Under the pieces are notes generated by a model. The model made no database searches. It had not been told where the DNA came from and worked only from the letters and a program-made list of their open reading frames with translations. A stretch of 64,000 nt of DNA from an uncultured Gammaproteobacteria bacterium (GTDB lineage Bacteria; Patescibacteriota; Patescibacteriia; VMEV01; CAYQCH01). The position numbers were made by a program, and so were the translations under genes. Location: assembly GCA_964503955.1 (NCBI GenBank), contig CAZDCG010000002.1:205047-269046 (forward strand), given 5' to 3'. The number at the start of each line of letters is the position of its first letter. Positions within the stretch are counted from its first letter, which is position 1. Shown here piece after piece: positions 8,813 through 17,837 of this stretch.

Positions 8813-10603
8813 ATGCTCAAGCGATCGTTAAACAAAACACAGCTTTTCGCCAAAATATACACGACTCGGTTGGCTGGTGCTGTGCGTAATTATTTTTCTG
8901 AAGAGCATTTTGACCGCATGTACGCTCTTATCCTCGTTCTCTGCGCGATATCGCTTTTGATCATTGCCCGTTTGTTTACGCTACAGGTGGTTGACCATCC
9001 TTTTTACGCGGCTCTTGCTTCCGATCAGCATGAGATCCAGGCTATTTTACAGGCAAAGCGGGGAGATATCCTGATGCGGGACGCGCAGTCCGATCAGTTG
9101 ATCCCTGTGGCAACGGACAAAGCCTATGTGCAATTGTATTCCGTCCCAAAGCAGATTACGGATCCTGAAAAAACGGCTGAACAGCTTGCTCCTTATGTGA
9201 AACTGACAAAGGAACGGATGATTGAGCTCTTTTCAAAAAAGGATGACCCGTACGAGCCAATTGAGAAAAAGGTCAGCAAAGAGCGTTTTGAGAAGATTAA
9301 GGAATTGAATCTGGCGGGGATTCATGCCGTAGAGGAGATGCATCGCTATTATGTTGATGACAATATCAGCAGCCATGTCATCGGCTTTTTGGGGATGAAA
9401 GATGAAGAACCAACCGGTTTTTACGGCATTGAAGGATATTTCAATAATATCCTCTCCGGTATTCCTGGGTTTTTCTCAAGCGAAAAAGACGTGGCCGGGC
9501 GCTGGATTGTCCTTTCGAACAAAGATGTTATTCAGGCGCAGGATGGAGCGAATATCGTCTTGACCATGGATCATACCGCTCAATATGTCGTTTGTCAGAA
9601 GCTGAACGAAGCGGTTGAGCGGCATGGAGCCGCAGGGGGCGCCGCCATCGTTCTTGAACCGGAAACAGGAAAGATTCTCAGCATGTGTTCTGCCCCGGAT
9701 TTCAACCTGAATTACTACTACGACGTTGAAAGTGCGGCCGTTTACAATAACAAAGCGATTTTTGAAGCCTATGAGCCCGGTTCGGTCTTTAAACCGATTG
9801 TGATGGCGGCGGCGGTGGATTTGGAGTATGTTACTCCCGACACCACCTATGTTGATCCCGGGGCGGTAGAAATCGACGATTTTACCATTCGCAATGCGGA
9901 TGACAAGGTGTATGGCGAGCAGACCATGGTCGGCGTTCTGGAAAATTCCATCAATACGGGAATGATCCATGTAGCCAGGCTGATCGGCCAGGAGCGCTTT
10001 CGCGGTTATCTGGAACGATTCGGATTCGGGGAGCCAACCGGCATCGAATTGCAGACGGAGGTGGCGGGGAATATCAAACCCATTTATAGTCGCGCGGAGA
10101 TTTATCAGGCAACAGCTTCATTCGGCCAGGGGATCACGGTAACGCCTTTGCAGATGGCAGCCGCTTATGGGGCGATCGCCAACGGAGGCAAGCTGATGAA
10201 GCCGTATATTGTCGAAGAAATCCGCCATGCGGACGGGAAAGTTGAAAAACGTTCTCCGCAGCAGGTGCGGCAGGTGCTTTCAACCAGGGCATCGGTGCTG
10301 ATGACCGGCATGCTGACCTCGGTCGTGACGAATGGCCATGCGGGGCTTGCCGATGTTGATGGATACTATGTTGCGGGTAAAACAGGAACCGCCCAGATCG
10401 CGGGACCGGGAGGAAAATACCTTGAAGACGCAACAAATCATTCCTTTGTGGGCTTTGCACCGGCTGATGATCCAAAATTCGTCATCTTCATCCGGCTTGA
10501 AAAGCCGACAAGCGCCCCTTATTCCGCATCAACCGCAGCTCCGCTCTTTTCCGATATCGCGGAATTTCTTCTGAATTATTACGCCATTACTCCTGATTAT
10601 TGA
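8813..10603 (+). CDS. ftsI: Penicillin-binding protein (peptidoglycan D,D-transpeptidase), FtsI/PBP2 class.
   Basis: 596 aa with an N-terminal TM anchor. It has the SxxK motif (SVFKP), the SxN motif (ENSINTG) and KTGT (AGKTGTA). Confidence 0.85.
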   Translation: MLKRSLNKTQLFAKIYTTRLAGAVRNYFSEEHFDRMYALILVLCAISLLIIARLFTLQVVDHPFYAALASDQHEIQAILQAKRGDILMRDAQSDQLIPVATDKAYVQLYSVPKQITDPEKTAEQLAPYVKLTKERMIELFSKKDDPYEPIEKKVSKERFEKIKELNLAGIHAVEEMHRYYVDDNISSHVIGFLGMKDEEPTGFYGIEGYFNNILSGIPGFFSSEKDVAGRWIVLSNKDVIQAQDGANIVLTMDHTAQYVVCQKLNEAVERHGAAGGAAIVLEPETGKILSMCSAPDFNLNYYYDVESAAVYNNKAIFEAYEPGSVFKPIVMAAAVDLEYVTPDTTYVDPGAVEIDDFTIRNADDKVYGEQTMVGVLENSINTGMIHVARLIGQERFRGYLERFGFGEPTGIELQTEVAGNIKPIYSRAEIYQATASFGQGITVTPLQMAAAYGAIANGGKLMKPYIVEEIRHADGKVEKRSPQQVRQVLSTRASVLMTGMLTSVVTNGHAGLADVDGYYVAGKTGTAQIAGPGGKYLEDATNHSFVGFAPADDPKFVIFIRLEKPTSAPYSASTAAPLFSDIAEFLLNYYAITPDY

Positions 10604-11823
10604 CGCTTATGATTGCAAAACGACTTATAGCAAAACAGCAGCCGAAACTTGTTCTTGTTTGCGGGAGTCTTGGTAAAACCTTATTTGCCAAAATCTCCGA
10701 ACAGGTTCTCACAAAGCTTGATCTTTCCGTGGCCTATGCGGAAGTGCAGACCAATCTTCGGTCCGTTGTGGCAGATGTCCACGGAGGAAAATTGAGGGCG
10801 CTCTTCGCTTCCATGGGTTTTGGGCGTTCTTTTGATCTACATCTCTTTGAGTTTCACCCTGATTCTGAAGCACGCAGAGAGCTGCTCGACAGTTATGAGC
10901 GGCGTTATCTGGTCATACCATACATTACGAGGGATGATATTGCCGCGGCAGGCGGTTTGGATAAGTACTTGCAGAGAAATTGCTATTTGAACAAAAAGCG
11001 CGCTAAGGAAACAACGATCATCTTCAATGCGGATATTACCGGGTTAGAGGAGGCTTTGCGCGAAATGGGTGGAGAACGCCTGCATGGTTTCAGTCTTGGT
11101 GATCAGGACGCTGAGCTGACGGCGGTTTCGCCTGAATTCAAGCTTCCTGAAGACGCGGCGATCACCAACGATCATCGCATTCAGGGGATATTGTTCAAAG
11201 CAAAGAATGGCGGAAGCACATTGCCTATGCGCGTTCTGGGTGGGATCGGCGATGCCTATATCTGCGCGCATCTTGCTGTCCTTGAGCTGCTTCGTCTGCT
11301 TGAATTAAATCAGATTGACGGGCTTGCCATTCTCAAAGAAATGCGGGCACTGCCCGGCCGTGCCAAGCTTATTGCCGGCATCAAGAAAACGCTGCTGGTG
11401 GATGATTCCTATGATATGGAAGTGGAAAGCGCGCTTTCGATCTTTGCGGCAGGCGGCACCGTTCCTTTGCAGAAAGGGCATCGCCGCATTGCGGTGGTAG
11501 GCGATTTGCTGCATCAGGGAGAGCAAACAAGCGAGCAACATTTCAGCATTGGCGAACGGCTCGCAAAAGCAGGATATGACGCTGTTGTGGGCATTGGCGA
11601 ACGCGTGCTTGAAACATTGCAAAGCGCGATTGAAAATGGAATGAATGAACAGGCGGTTTTCCATTTCACCGATCCGCATGAAGCGGGGAAATTTATTCAG
11701 CATGAACTCAAACAGGGCGATCTGGTGGTGGTAAAAGGTGCCAAAGAGCAAAAGCTTGAGTCTATTGTCAAAGAGTTGATGGCCTTCCCTTTGCAGGCGA
11801 AAGATGATTTGCTCGTCAGATAA
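10600..11823 (+). CDS. Mur ligase family protein, possibly a reduced MurF/MurE-like enzyme.
   Basis: 407 aa, with an ATGA overlap onto the ftsI stop. The P-loop is VLVCGSLGKT and the Mur-ligase C-terminal motif is LLVDDSYDME. It is shorter than canonical Mur ligases. Confidence 0.5.
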   Translation: MTLMIAKRLIAKQQPKLVLVCGSLGKTLFAKISEQVLTKLDLSVAYAEVQTNLRSVVADVHGGKLRALFASMGFGRSFDLHLFEFHPDSEARRELLDSYERRYLVIPYITRDDIAAAGGLDKYLQRNCYLNKKRAKETTIIFNADITGLEEALREMGGERLHGFSLGDQDAELTAVSPEFKLPEDAAITNDHRIQGILFKAKNGGSTLPMRVLGGIGDAYICAHLAVLELLRLLELNQIDGLAILKEMRALPGRAKLIAGIKKTLLVDDSYDMEVESALSIFAAGGTVPLQKGHRRIAVVGDLLHQGEQTSEQHFSIGERLAKAGYDAVVGIGERVLETLQSAIENGMNEQAVFHFTDPHEAGKFIQHELKQGDLVVVKGAKEQKLESIVKELMAFPLQAKDDLLVR

Positions 11824-11911
11824 GTCTGATACAAACTTCTATAACGCTAAAGCCCCCTGCAAACCTCTCGGTCCGTAGGGGGCTTTCGCTTTGCAGCTCT
11901 CGGCTTGGGAG

Positions 11912-12271
11912 CTAGGCGGCCTGCTTGAGCAGGTCCTTGATGAAGGGCTTCCGCTTGATCTCGTTCTGGCGGGACCACTCGCGGCCGAGCCGGTTGAGGG
12001 CGCGGGCGCAGATCGCGTCGAGCTTGCGGAGGCGCTCGTCCGTGACCTCGTCGGTGCGCCACTTCTTCTTGCGGCAGAGCGCGCGCCACACGATGCCGAT
12101 GAAGTAGTCGGCGGGGTGGATGAAGGGCGACCGGTTGGCCCTGCCCCTGCGAAGGAGCTCCTTGAGCCCCCTCTGCGCGTCCGTCGAGCTCTTGTAGTAG
12201 ATGTCGTAGGTCTCGGGGAACCCCTCGTTGCTCAAGGTGAAGGTTCGAGGGGCGGGGGACGTCGTCATCAT
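11912..12271 (-). CDS. Hypothetical protein in a high-GC cassette with GC3 near 100%. Probably horizontally acquired.
   Basis: 119 aa. A strong SD (AGGAAGGTGA) sits 7 nt upstream of the ATG. Codon third positions are almost all G/C, unlike the neighbouring genes. No family recognised. Confidence 0.5.
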   Translation of the reverse strand: MMTTSPAPRTFTLSNEGFPETYDIYYKSSTDAQRGLKELLRRGRANRSPFIHPADYFIGIVWRALCRKKKWRTDEVTDERLRKLDAICARALNRLGREWSRQNEIKRKPFIKDLLKQAA

Positions 12272-12476
12272 GAAAGATCACCTTCCTTCCGCAAAGCGGA
12301 TTTATCAATATACTGAACGTTGAGAAAAGAGTCAACTGCACAGCTTTTTTGTCGTAAATTTTTGACAACAAAGCTCTGAAAAACAGGCATGGTTTTAGCT
12401 GTTTTGACAGAAATGCTCAAATAACTGGATTGCTACCTTTGCATGCTAAAATTGTCATAGCCCTAATCCAACTCCT

Positions 12477-13478
12477 ATGGCCAAACATGTTTCAATGGTT
12501 TTGACATTAATCCTGGCGGCTTGCCTGATACAACCGGTATCCGCGCAAAGCGAGCTGGTCCTTGATATCGTATTTCCGGTAGACGGTCCGCACAGTTTTC
12601 AAAATGACTTTGATCATCCCCGCGCGGGGCATACGCATGAAGCCACGGATATTCTGGCTGAAAAAATGACGAAGGTTCTCGCCGCGCAGGCAGGGTGCAT
12701 CAGCTATATGCCGATTCCCGAACCTTCATGGGGGTATGCCATCTATATCCGCGGCGTGGACGGCTACTCATATGCGTATTTGCATCTCAATAACGATACG
12801 CCTGGAACGGACGATGGGAGCGGAGGTCCTGAAAACGCGTATGCTCCCGGACTTTCTCGCGGGGACTGCGTGGAGAAGGGGCAGCATATCGGCTGGGTAG
12901 GAGACAGCGGCAATGCCGAAAGTATTGCGTCGCATTTGCATTTTGAAATCGAGGATGAAGAAGGCAACCGCGTCAATCCTTATTTCAGTCTGCTCAATGC
13001 CGTGGGCGCGGCAAGCTACAATCCAGAAGTGGAAAGGGAATTGAGCCAGACCATCAATATGGATTTGCAAATCACGCAAGCGCCGGGACTTACGCATTGC
13101 CAGTCAAATACGTTGATTAAATCGCTTTCCTCCGATTCGGTCTATTATTGCGGAGCGGATGGACGCCGCTATGTATTCCCCAACCAGGCGATCTATTTCA
13201 GCTGGTATAAAAACTTCGACGAGGTGATCACAATCAGCGATGAGCAGCTCGCGGCTATTCCGCTTGGTAAAAATGTGACGTATAAGCCCGGCGTGCGTCT
13301 GGTCAAAATCCAGACCGATCCGAAGGTGTACGCAGTCGGCCATGGGGGATTATTGCGCTGGGTAACTTCTCCGGAAACGGCAGAAAACCTGTATGGGGCA
13401 AATTGGGCAAAGCAGGTGGATGATATTCCCGAAGTATTTTTCCTGGACTACCAGATCGGTGATCCTGTGAATTTTTAG
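12477..13478 (+). CDS. Secreted M23/LytM-family metallopeptidase with an extra C-terminal domain.
   Basis: 333 aa. Signal peptide is MAKHVSMVLTLILAACLIQPVSAQS. The M23 motifs are HxxxD (HTHEATD) and GDSGNAESIASHLHFE. Confidence 0.75.
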   Translation: MAKHVSMVLTLILAACLIQPVSAQSELVLDIVFPVDGPHSFQNDFDHPRAGHTHEATDILAEKMTKVLAAQAGCISYMPIPEPSWGYAIYIRGVDGYSYAYLHLNNDTPGTDDGSGGPENAYAPGLSRGDCVEKGQHIGWVGDSGNAESIASHLHFEIEDEEGNRVNPYFSLLNAVGAASYNPEVERELSQTINMDLQITQAPGLTHCQSNTLIKSLSSDSVYYCGADGRRYVFPNQAIYFSWYKNFDEVITISDEQLAAIPLGKNVTYKPGVRLVKIQTDPKVYAVGHGGLLRWVTSPETAENLYGANWAKQVDDIPEVFFLDYQIGDPVNF

Positions 13479-13592
13479 GCAGGGCCTTAAAAACAAGAAC
13501 GCACCGCAGGGACCGCTTGCCCGCCTCTGGAGGGGGATACGGTCGCCTTGCGGTGCGTGTGGCGGGGGAAGCTGTGAGGCATCCCCGCGCTT

Positions 13593-14126
13593 CTAGTCGA
13601 GATGGCTCAGGCTTTGCCAGCCGGCAAAGGTCGATCTCATCTCGAACGGCTCAAACCAGCTCGGCTCATGACTCCATACCGGAACCATCTTCGAGCCGTA
13701 GTTGATGGCCTGGCCGGTGCCGAGTGTGAGCCGCGGGTGGATTCCGGAGATCTCCTCCTGAATGCTCTCGTAGGCATCCTGGCGAGACTCAAGCTCAGCC
13801 AGCTGCCGGCTGAAGAATTCGCCGGTGCCCTGCGGATCGCAGAAGAACTCCTCGATGAGGAATTCCCTCCACGCGTACTTCGCGAAGATGGCGGTCACAC
13901 CGGACGTGTACAGCTGATCCTCGACACCAAGTGCGTAGATCGCGCTTCGGTAGTCGTGGATCGTGCTTCCGCCTTGGCGGTGAGAACGAAGGATCAGGAT
14001 GCCTTCCTTGTAGTGGATGTCGAGTTCCTCGCTCCGGTGGAATTTCCGGCTCAGGAGCTCTTCGTCGAGAAGCACCTCGCACTTGATGGCGAGAATGTTC
14101 ATGTTCTTCTGCAAGATACCTCCCAT
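13593..14126 (-). CDS. Hypothetical protein in a second high-GC cassette.
   Basis: ORF of 177 aa; the likelier start is at 14102 (MNILAIKCEV...). GC3 is strongly elevated relative to the backbone. No family recognised. Confidence 0.45.
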   Translation of the reverse strand: MGGILQKNMNILAIKCEVLLDEELLSRKFHRSEELDIHYKEGILILRSHRQGGSTIHDYRSAIYALGVEDQLYTSGVTAIFAKYAWREFLIEEFFCDPQGTGEFFSRQLAELESRQDAYESIQEEISGIHPRLTLGTGQAINYGSKMVPVWSHEPSWFEPFEMRSTFAGWQSLSHLD

Positions 14127-14457
14127 TGCTTAAGAGGGATTCACCCACACCGCTCCTCTCAAGCTTGTTGAAAAGAATGGTGAGGGGGGAGGCAGCACCT
14201 CTGATAACCATGATTTTCCACTTCGGATAACCACGCTAATGTATCACGAAAACGAGCTTTTGTCAAGGAAAATGGCAATTTTTCTTGAAAAATAGTCAAG
14301 ATTGTGGTTTACTCTCTTTGCGTAGCACCCGCTGCGCTTTGTTTTATGAAGACCACCCCCTGGCCCCCTCCTTATCAAGGAGTGGGAAGTAAGACCGCCA
14401 GCATTTGTCTGAGAGTCTGGTAAATCTGAAAAGTCTGAAAGGTCTTCGCGACAGCGA

Positions 14458-14532
14458 GGCCCCATCGTCTAGCGGCTAGGACGCCAGGTTCTCATCCTGG
14501 AAACCGGGGTTCGATTCCCCGTGGGGTCACCA
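14458..14532 (+). tRNA. tRNA-Glu (anticodon CTC).
   Basis: Cloverleaf GGCCCCA/TGGGGTC acceptor, anticodon arm CCAGG-TTCTCAT-CCTGG, T-arm CGGGG-TTCGATT-CCCCG, CCA encoded. Confidence 0.85.
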
Positions 14533-14606
14533 AAAAGAAACTAGTTCGAGCACTCGAGAAGGGTCGGTGCCGAATCCAAAAAGGACTACGAAAGTAGTTT
14601 CTTTTT
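14532..14606. repeat. 12-13 bp inverted repeat (AAAAAGAAACTAG ... TAGTTTCTTTTT) immediately 3' of tRNA-Glu, enclosing a CTCGAG-centred palindrome. It could be the tRNA terminator or the island junction (att remnant).
   Basis: The arms are at 14532-14544 and 14595-14606. The loop contains ttcgagcactcgagaa. Confidence 0.5.
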
Positions 14607-14638
14607 GTTGTAGTAAAATACAACAAAGCTTGCTATAC
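14604..14638 (+). promoter_or_regulatory. C-box-like operator (TTGTTGTA-gtaaaa-TACAACAA) overlapping the promoter of the controller gene. An extended -10 (TGcTATACT) follows.
   Basis: A perfect 8-bp inverted repeat at 14604-14625, and TATACT at 14633-14638, sit 10 bp upstream of the C-protein ATG. This matches the known autoregulatory architecture of R-M controller proteins. Confidence 0.5.
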
Positions 14639-14647
14639 TGTTTTCAT

Positions 14648-14860
14648 ATGACTATGCAACAAGATGCCCAAAAATTAGGGGAAAATCTTAAAAGAATACG
14701 GTCAGAGAAAAACATCACACAGAGCAAGCTTGCGGAAATTTTAGATGTCGATCGATCTTTTGTTAGCAATATTGAAAATGGGAAAACTAACCCGACACTC
14801 TCAACTATTACTAAACTTGCAAAGGCGCTTGACGTGCAAATTGAGAAATTGATCAAATAA
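14648..14860 (+). CDS. XRE-family HTH protein, a candidate R-M controller (C) protein.
   Basis: 70 aa from the ATG at 14648 (MTMQQDAQKLGENLKRIRSEKNITQSKLAEILDVDRSFVSNIENGKTNPTLSTITKLAKAL). It ends 3 bp before the methyltransferase start. Confidence 0.7.
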   Translation: MTMQQDAQKLGENLKRIRSEKNITQSKLAEILDVDRSFVSNIENGKTNPTLSTITKLAKALDVQIEKLIK

Positions 14861-14863
14861 CAC

Positions 14864-15847
14864 ATGAAGAAGATTTTATATCAAACAAGTTTAGGAAAAT
14901 ACGTTTTGGGTGATTCCAAAGCTCTTATTGAGAAAGGTGAACTGGATCAATACAAAAATAAGATCCAGCTAGTTTTATTTTCTCCGCCATTTCCTTTGAA
15001 TGCCAAGAAGAAGTATGGGAATAAACTCGGAAAGGAATATAAAAAGTGGTTGTCTGATCTTGCACCTCTATTTGCGAAGTTATTGAAAAAGGACGGTTCT
15101 ATCGTTGTAGAGATGGGAAATGCATGGGAACCTAAGCGTCCAATACAGGCACTACTATCCCTTGAGTCATTGATGGCTTTCGTGAGTAATCCTAAAGCTG
15201 ACCTGCGTTTATGTCAGGAGTTCATTTGCTACAACCCCTCACGCCTCCCGTCGCCAGCTCAATGGGTTACAGTCAATCGGATACGCACGATCGATAGCTA
15301 CACACATGTATGGTGGATGGCAAAATCAGACTTTCCTAAGGCAGACAATCGTCGAGTTCTCAGACCGTACAGCAAGAGCATGCTCCAGCTTCTCAAGCGC
15401 AAGAGTTATAACTCCGGCAAGAGACCATCGCAACACAGCATCAGCGAGAAAGGTTTTCTTACGAATAACAAAGGGAGCATCATGCACAATGTCCTCGAGC
15501 TTGAACAGATGGACGAAGAGAGGGACTTGCGCCTCCCGACAAATATGTTTAGTTTTGCAAACACAAATTCCAATGATTTTTTCTCAACGCAATGCCGTAA
15601 GAAAAACATACCCATACACCCGGCACGAATGCCGACGTCACTTGCAAACTTTTTTATTGAATTTCTGACCGAACCCGGCGACATAGTCTTTGATCCATTT
15701 GCCGGGACAAATACCACCGGCTATTGTGCAGAAAAGTTAAAAAGAAAATGGCTGTCAGTGGAGATCGACAAAGATTATGGTAAGCAGTCGATCATCAGGT
15801 TCAAAGAACCAAAACTTACCAAGAAATTAACTATTAAGAAGATATGA
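14864..15847 (+). CDS. Type II DNA methyltransferase, beta class (N6-adenine or N4-cytosine).
   Basis: 327 aa. Motif IV SPPF (LVLFSPPFP) is near the N-terminus and motif I (FxGxG-like, IVFDPFAGTNTTG) near the C-terminus. This is the circularly permuted beta order, as in M.PvuII and M.RsrI. Confidence 0.8.
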   Translation: MKKILYQTSLGKYVLGDSKALIEKGELDQYKNKIQLVLFSPPFPLNAKKKYGNKLGKEYKKWLSDLAPLFAKLLKKDGSIVVEMGNAWEPKRPIQALLSLESLMAFVSNPKADLRLCQEFICYNPSRLPSPAQWVTVNRIRTIDSYTHVWWMAKSDFPKADNRRVLRPYSKSMLQLLKRKSYNSGKRPSQHSISEKGFLTNNKGSIMHNVLELEQMDEERDLRLPTNMFSFANTNSNDFFSTQCRKKNIPIHPARMPTSLANFFIEFLTEPGDIVFDPFAGTNTTGYCAEKLKRKWLSVEIDKDYGKQSIIRFKEPKLTKKLTIKKI

Positions 15848-17832
15848 GCACAAAATCAGTCATCAAGAATCTAGCTTCCGTTGACATCCTTACTGCGGCA
15901 AAAGACCCCGGTGCTCTTATTGGACGTCCTTTCTATTTGGACTACGAAAAAGCATGCGTCCTTGTACCGGACGCTTGGAAAATGAAAGTCGGTGGGATAC
16001 CGCAAGGTGCATTCCTACTTGCTTTTTATGAGAACGATGAGGGTATCTCTGAAGCTCTGCTTTTGCGAGCACTTGGACCCAAAGGTTTACCTACTGACAG
16101 CGACGTGACTAGTTCAATGATCGAATACTACAAAGACAATCTTAAAACAGCAGACGTTAAAGGTAGCCAGCTTGATGACTTTACTCGTTACCACTTCAGC
16201 TTCTCAGGATTGGAGTGTCGCATCCTTGGGACCTTCTACAAAGATAAGTCTGGGACTGTAGTTTTTGGTGCAGATCTCGAAAACTTCTATAGTGCTCATA
16301 ATTACACTGTCTACAAGCCGTCGGGCAAAGTTCTAGAACAAATTGTGAACTATAAGGACTTGAACGAAGTAGCAGGAGGTGTGAGTGATGTGAAGATCGG
16401 GAATGTTCGATACAGTTCAAGTTTACGTTTTCAGGACGATATCGAAAAGGTACCCGTTTACATCAGCCCTAAAGACTTTATCGGCAAGCGAACCGCTCTC
16501 TTCGGTATGACTCGTACAGGTAAGTCGAACACGGTAAAGAAAATCATTGAAGCAACGGTTGAAATCAGCCAAAAAGCAAAGAGGAAAAATGGCACAGATG
16601 CGAGCACCGAACCTTTTACGAAGTCTGGCTTGACCAAAGAATCAATAGGCCAAATCATCTTCGACATCAACGGAGAATATGCAAATGCAAACCTACAGGA
16701 CGATGGTACGGCGATCTTCGAGATGTATAAAGACGATGTTGTTCGTTACAGCTTACTAGAAAAGCCAGGATTCAAGGTCATGAAGACAAACTTTTTTGAC
16801 GACATTGATGCTGGCTTTGAGTTGCTGTGCTCGCTGTTAGCTATGGACGACGCACGTTTCGTTTCTAACTTTCGCTCCATCGAGCTGACCGTTCCACAAG
16901 AACTGGAAGACGATCCGAGCTTTAAGGTAAGGCATGCGCGACGAGTTGCGGCGTACAAGTGTTGTTTGCACCAAGCTGGCTTTAAGCATAAGGACACAAC
17001 TATCAAATTCTCCGGAGAAGCGACTCTCAATGCTTTAGCAAGTGGAATTGACCCATCAAAGGGAATCTCATACGATCAAGCTGTGAACTGGTTCACAGCA
17101 GTGTGGGAGGCCACCGGAGAGAATGACTTTTTCGAGAATTATAAAAAGAAACATGAGGGTCGAGAATGGGCCGATGAAGACCTTAAAGCCCTGCTCGTGA
17201 TGCTCACACGCAAGCGTAGTCCCGGCTCTGGTAAAGGCGCAGACTGTAGCGGATTTAGGGTGTTTAAGCCTGCACTGAATTTGCATACAGAAAGTGTCGA
17301 CAAGCCCTACGCAATTGAAATTCTAGAGACCTTGAGGCAAGGTAAAATTGTGATCGCTGATCTATCGCAGGGTAATCCAGAAATAATTCAGCTCTACTCG
17401 GAGAAAATCTGCCAGAGAATATTTGCTGATGCGATGAATAATTTCATTGCAGCAAAAAGCAATAATTTTATTCAGATGTACTTCGAAGAAGCTCACAATC
17501 TTTTCCCAAAGCAGACAGATAAAGATCTCAGTAAAATATATAACCGCTTGGCAAAAGAGGGGGCAAAACTTCATCTCGGTATCGTCTACGCTACACAAGA
17601 AGTTAGTTCTATCAGCTCCAACATCCTCAAAAACACCCAGAATTGGTTTATTGCTCACCTTAACAACGAGGATGAGTTAAAGGAACTCAAAAAGTATTAC
17701 GACTTTACTGACTTCACTACCGGGCTTACCCGATTCAGCCCCAACACAGACAAGGGTTTTGTTCGTATGAAAACATACTCTAATCCGTTTGTAGTACCTG
17801 TTCAGATCGACCGATTTACAGCGAAGAAATAG
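15844..17832 (+). CDS. HerA/FtsK-superfamily ATPase (DUF87-like) with an N-terminal HAS-barrel-like region and a large insertion.
   Basis: 662 aa, with an ATGA overlap onto the methyltransferase stop. Walker A is ALFGMTRTGKSNTVKKII. The HerA-type IFDINGEY motif follows. Walker B is FIQMYFEEAHNLFP. The HerA C-terminal signature is LGIVYATQEVSSISSNILKNTQNWFIAHLNNEDE (compare TQRPs...lsQcnT...RL.N..D). Confidence 0.65.
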   Translation: MSTKSVIKNLASVDILTAAKDPGALIGRPFYLDYEKACVLVPDAWKMKVGGIPQGAFLLAFYENDEGISEALLLRALGPKGLPTDSDVTSSMIEYYKDNLKTADVKGSQLDDFTRYHFSFSGLECRILGTFYKDKSGTVVFGADLENFYSAHNYTVYKPSGKVLEQIVNYKDLNEVAGGVSDVKIGNVRYSSSLRFQDDIEKVPVYISPKDFIGKRTALFGMTRTGKSNTVKKIIEATVEISQKAKRKNGTDASTEPFTKSGLTKESIGQIIFDINGEYANANLQDDGTAIFEMYKDDVVRYSLLEKPGFKVMKTNFFDDIDAGFELLCSLLAMDDARFVSNFRSIELTVPQELEDDPSFKVRHARRVAAYKCCLHQAGFKHKDTTIKFSGEATLNALASGIDPSKGISYDQAVNWFTAVWEATGENDFFENYKKKHEGREWADEDLKALLVMLTRKRSPGSGKGADCSGFRVFKPALNLHTESVDKPYAIEILETLRQGKIVIADLSQGNPEIIQLYSEKICQRIFADAMNNFIAAKSNNFIQMYFEEAHNLFPKQTDKDLSKIYNRLAKEGAKLHLGIVYATQEVSSISSNILKNTQNWFIAHLNNEDELKELKKYYDFTDFTTGLTRFSPNTDKGFVRMKTYSNPFVVPVQIDRFTAKK

Positions 17833-17837
17833 CCGCT

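Noticed and set aside
9476-9970. 164-aa minus-strand ORF inside ftsI.
   Set aside because: It is antisense to the PBP transpeptidase domain and is spurious.
11847-12371. ORFs 11847-12371 (-) and 11891-12316 (+) in the high-GC cassette.
   Set aside because: These are alternative-frame ORFs typical of high-GC DNA. Only the 11912-12271 (-) frame has a strong SD and GC3 bias. The others are Arg/Pro/Ala-rich nonsense.
13602-14211. ORFs 13602-14171 (+) and 13795-14211 (-) overlapping the second high-GC gene.
   Set aside because: Same high-GC artefact. Their translations are Arg/Pro-rich and low-complexity, and they lack start signals.
14417-14432. Exact 14-mer TCTGAAAAGTCTGA shared between 14419-14432 (upstream of tRNA-Glu) and 32232-32245 (dnaK-dnaJ hairpin).
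   Set aside because: A 14-mer match is expected several times by chance in 64 kb on two strands. There is no extended similarity around it.
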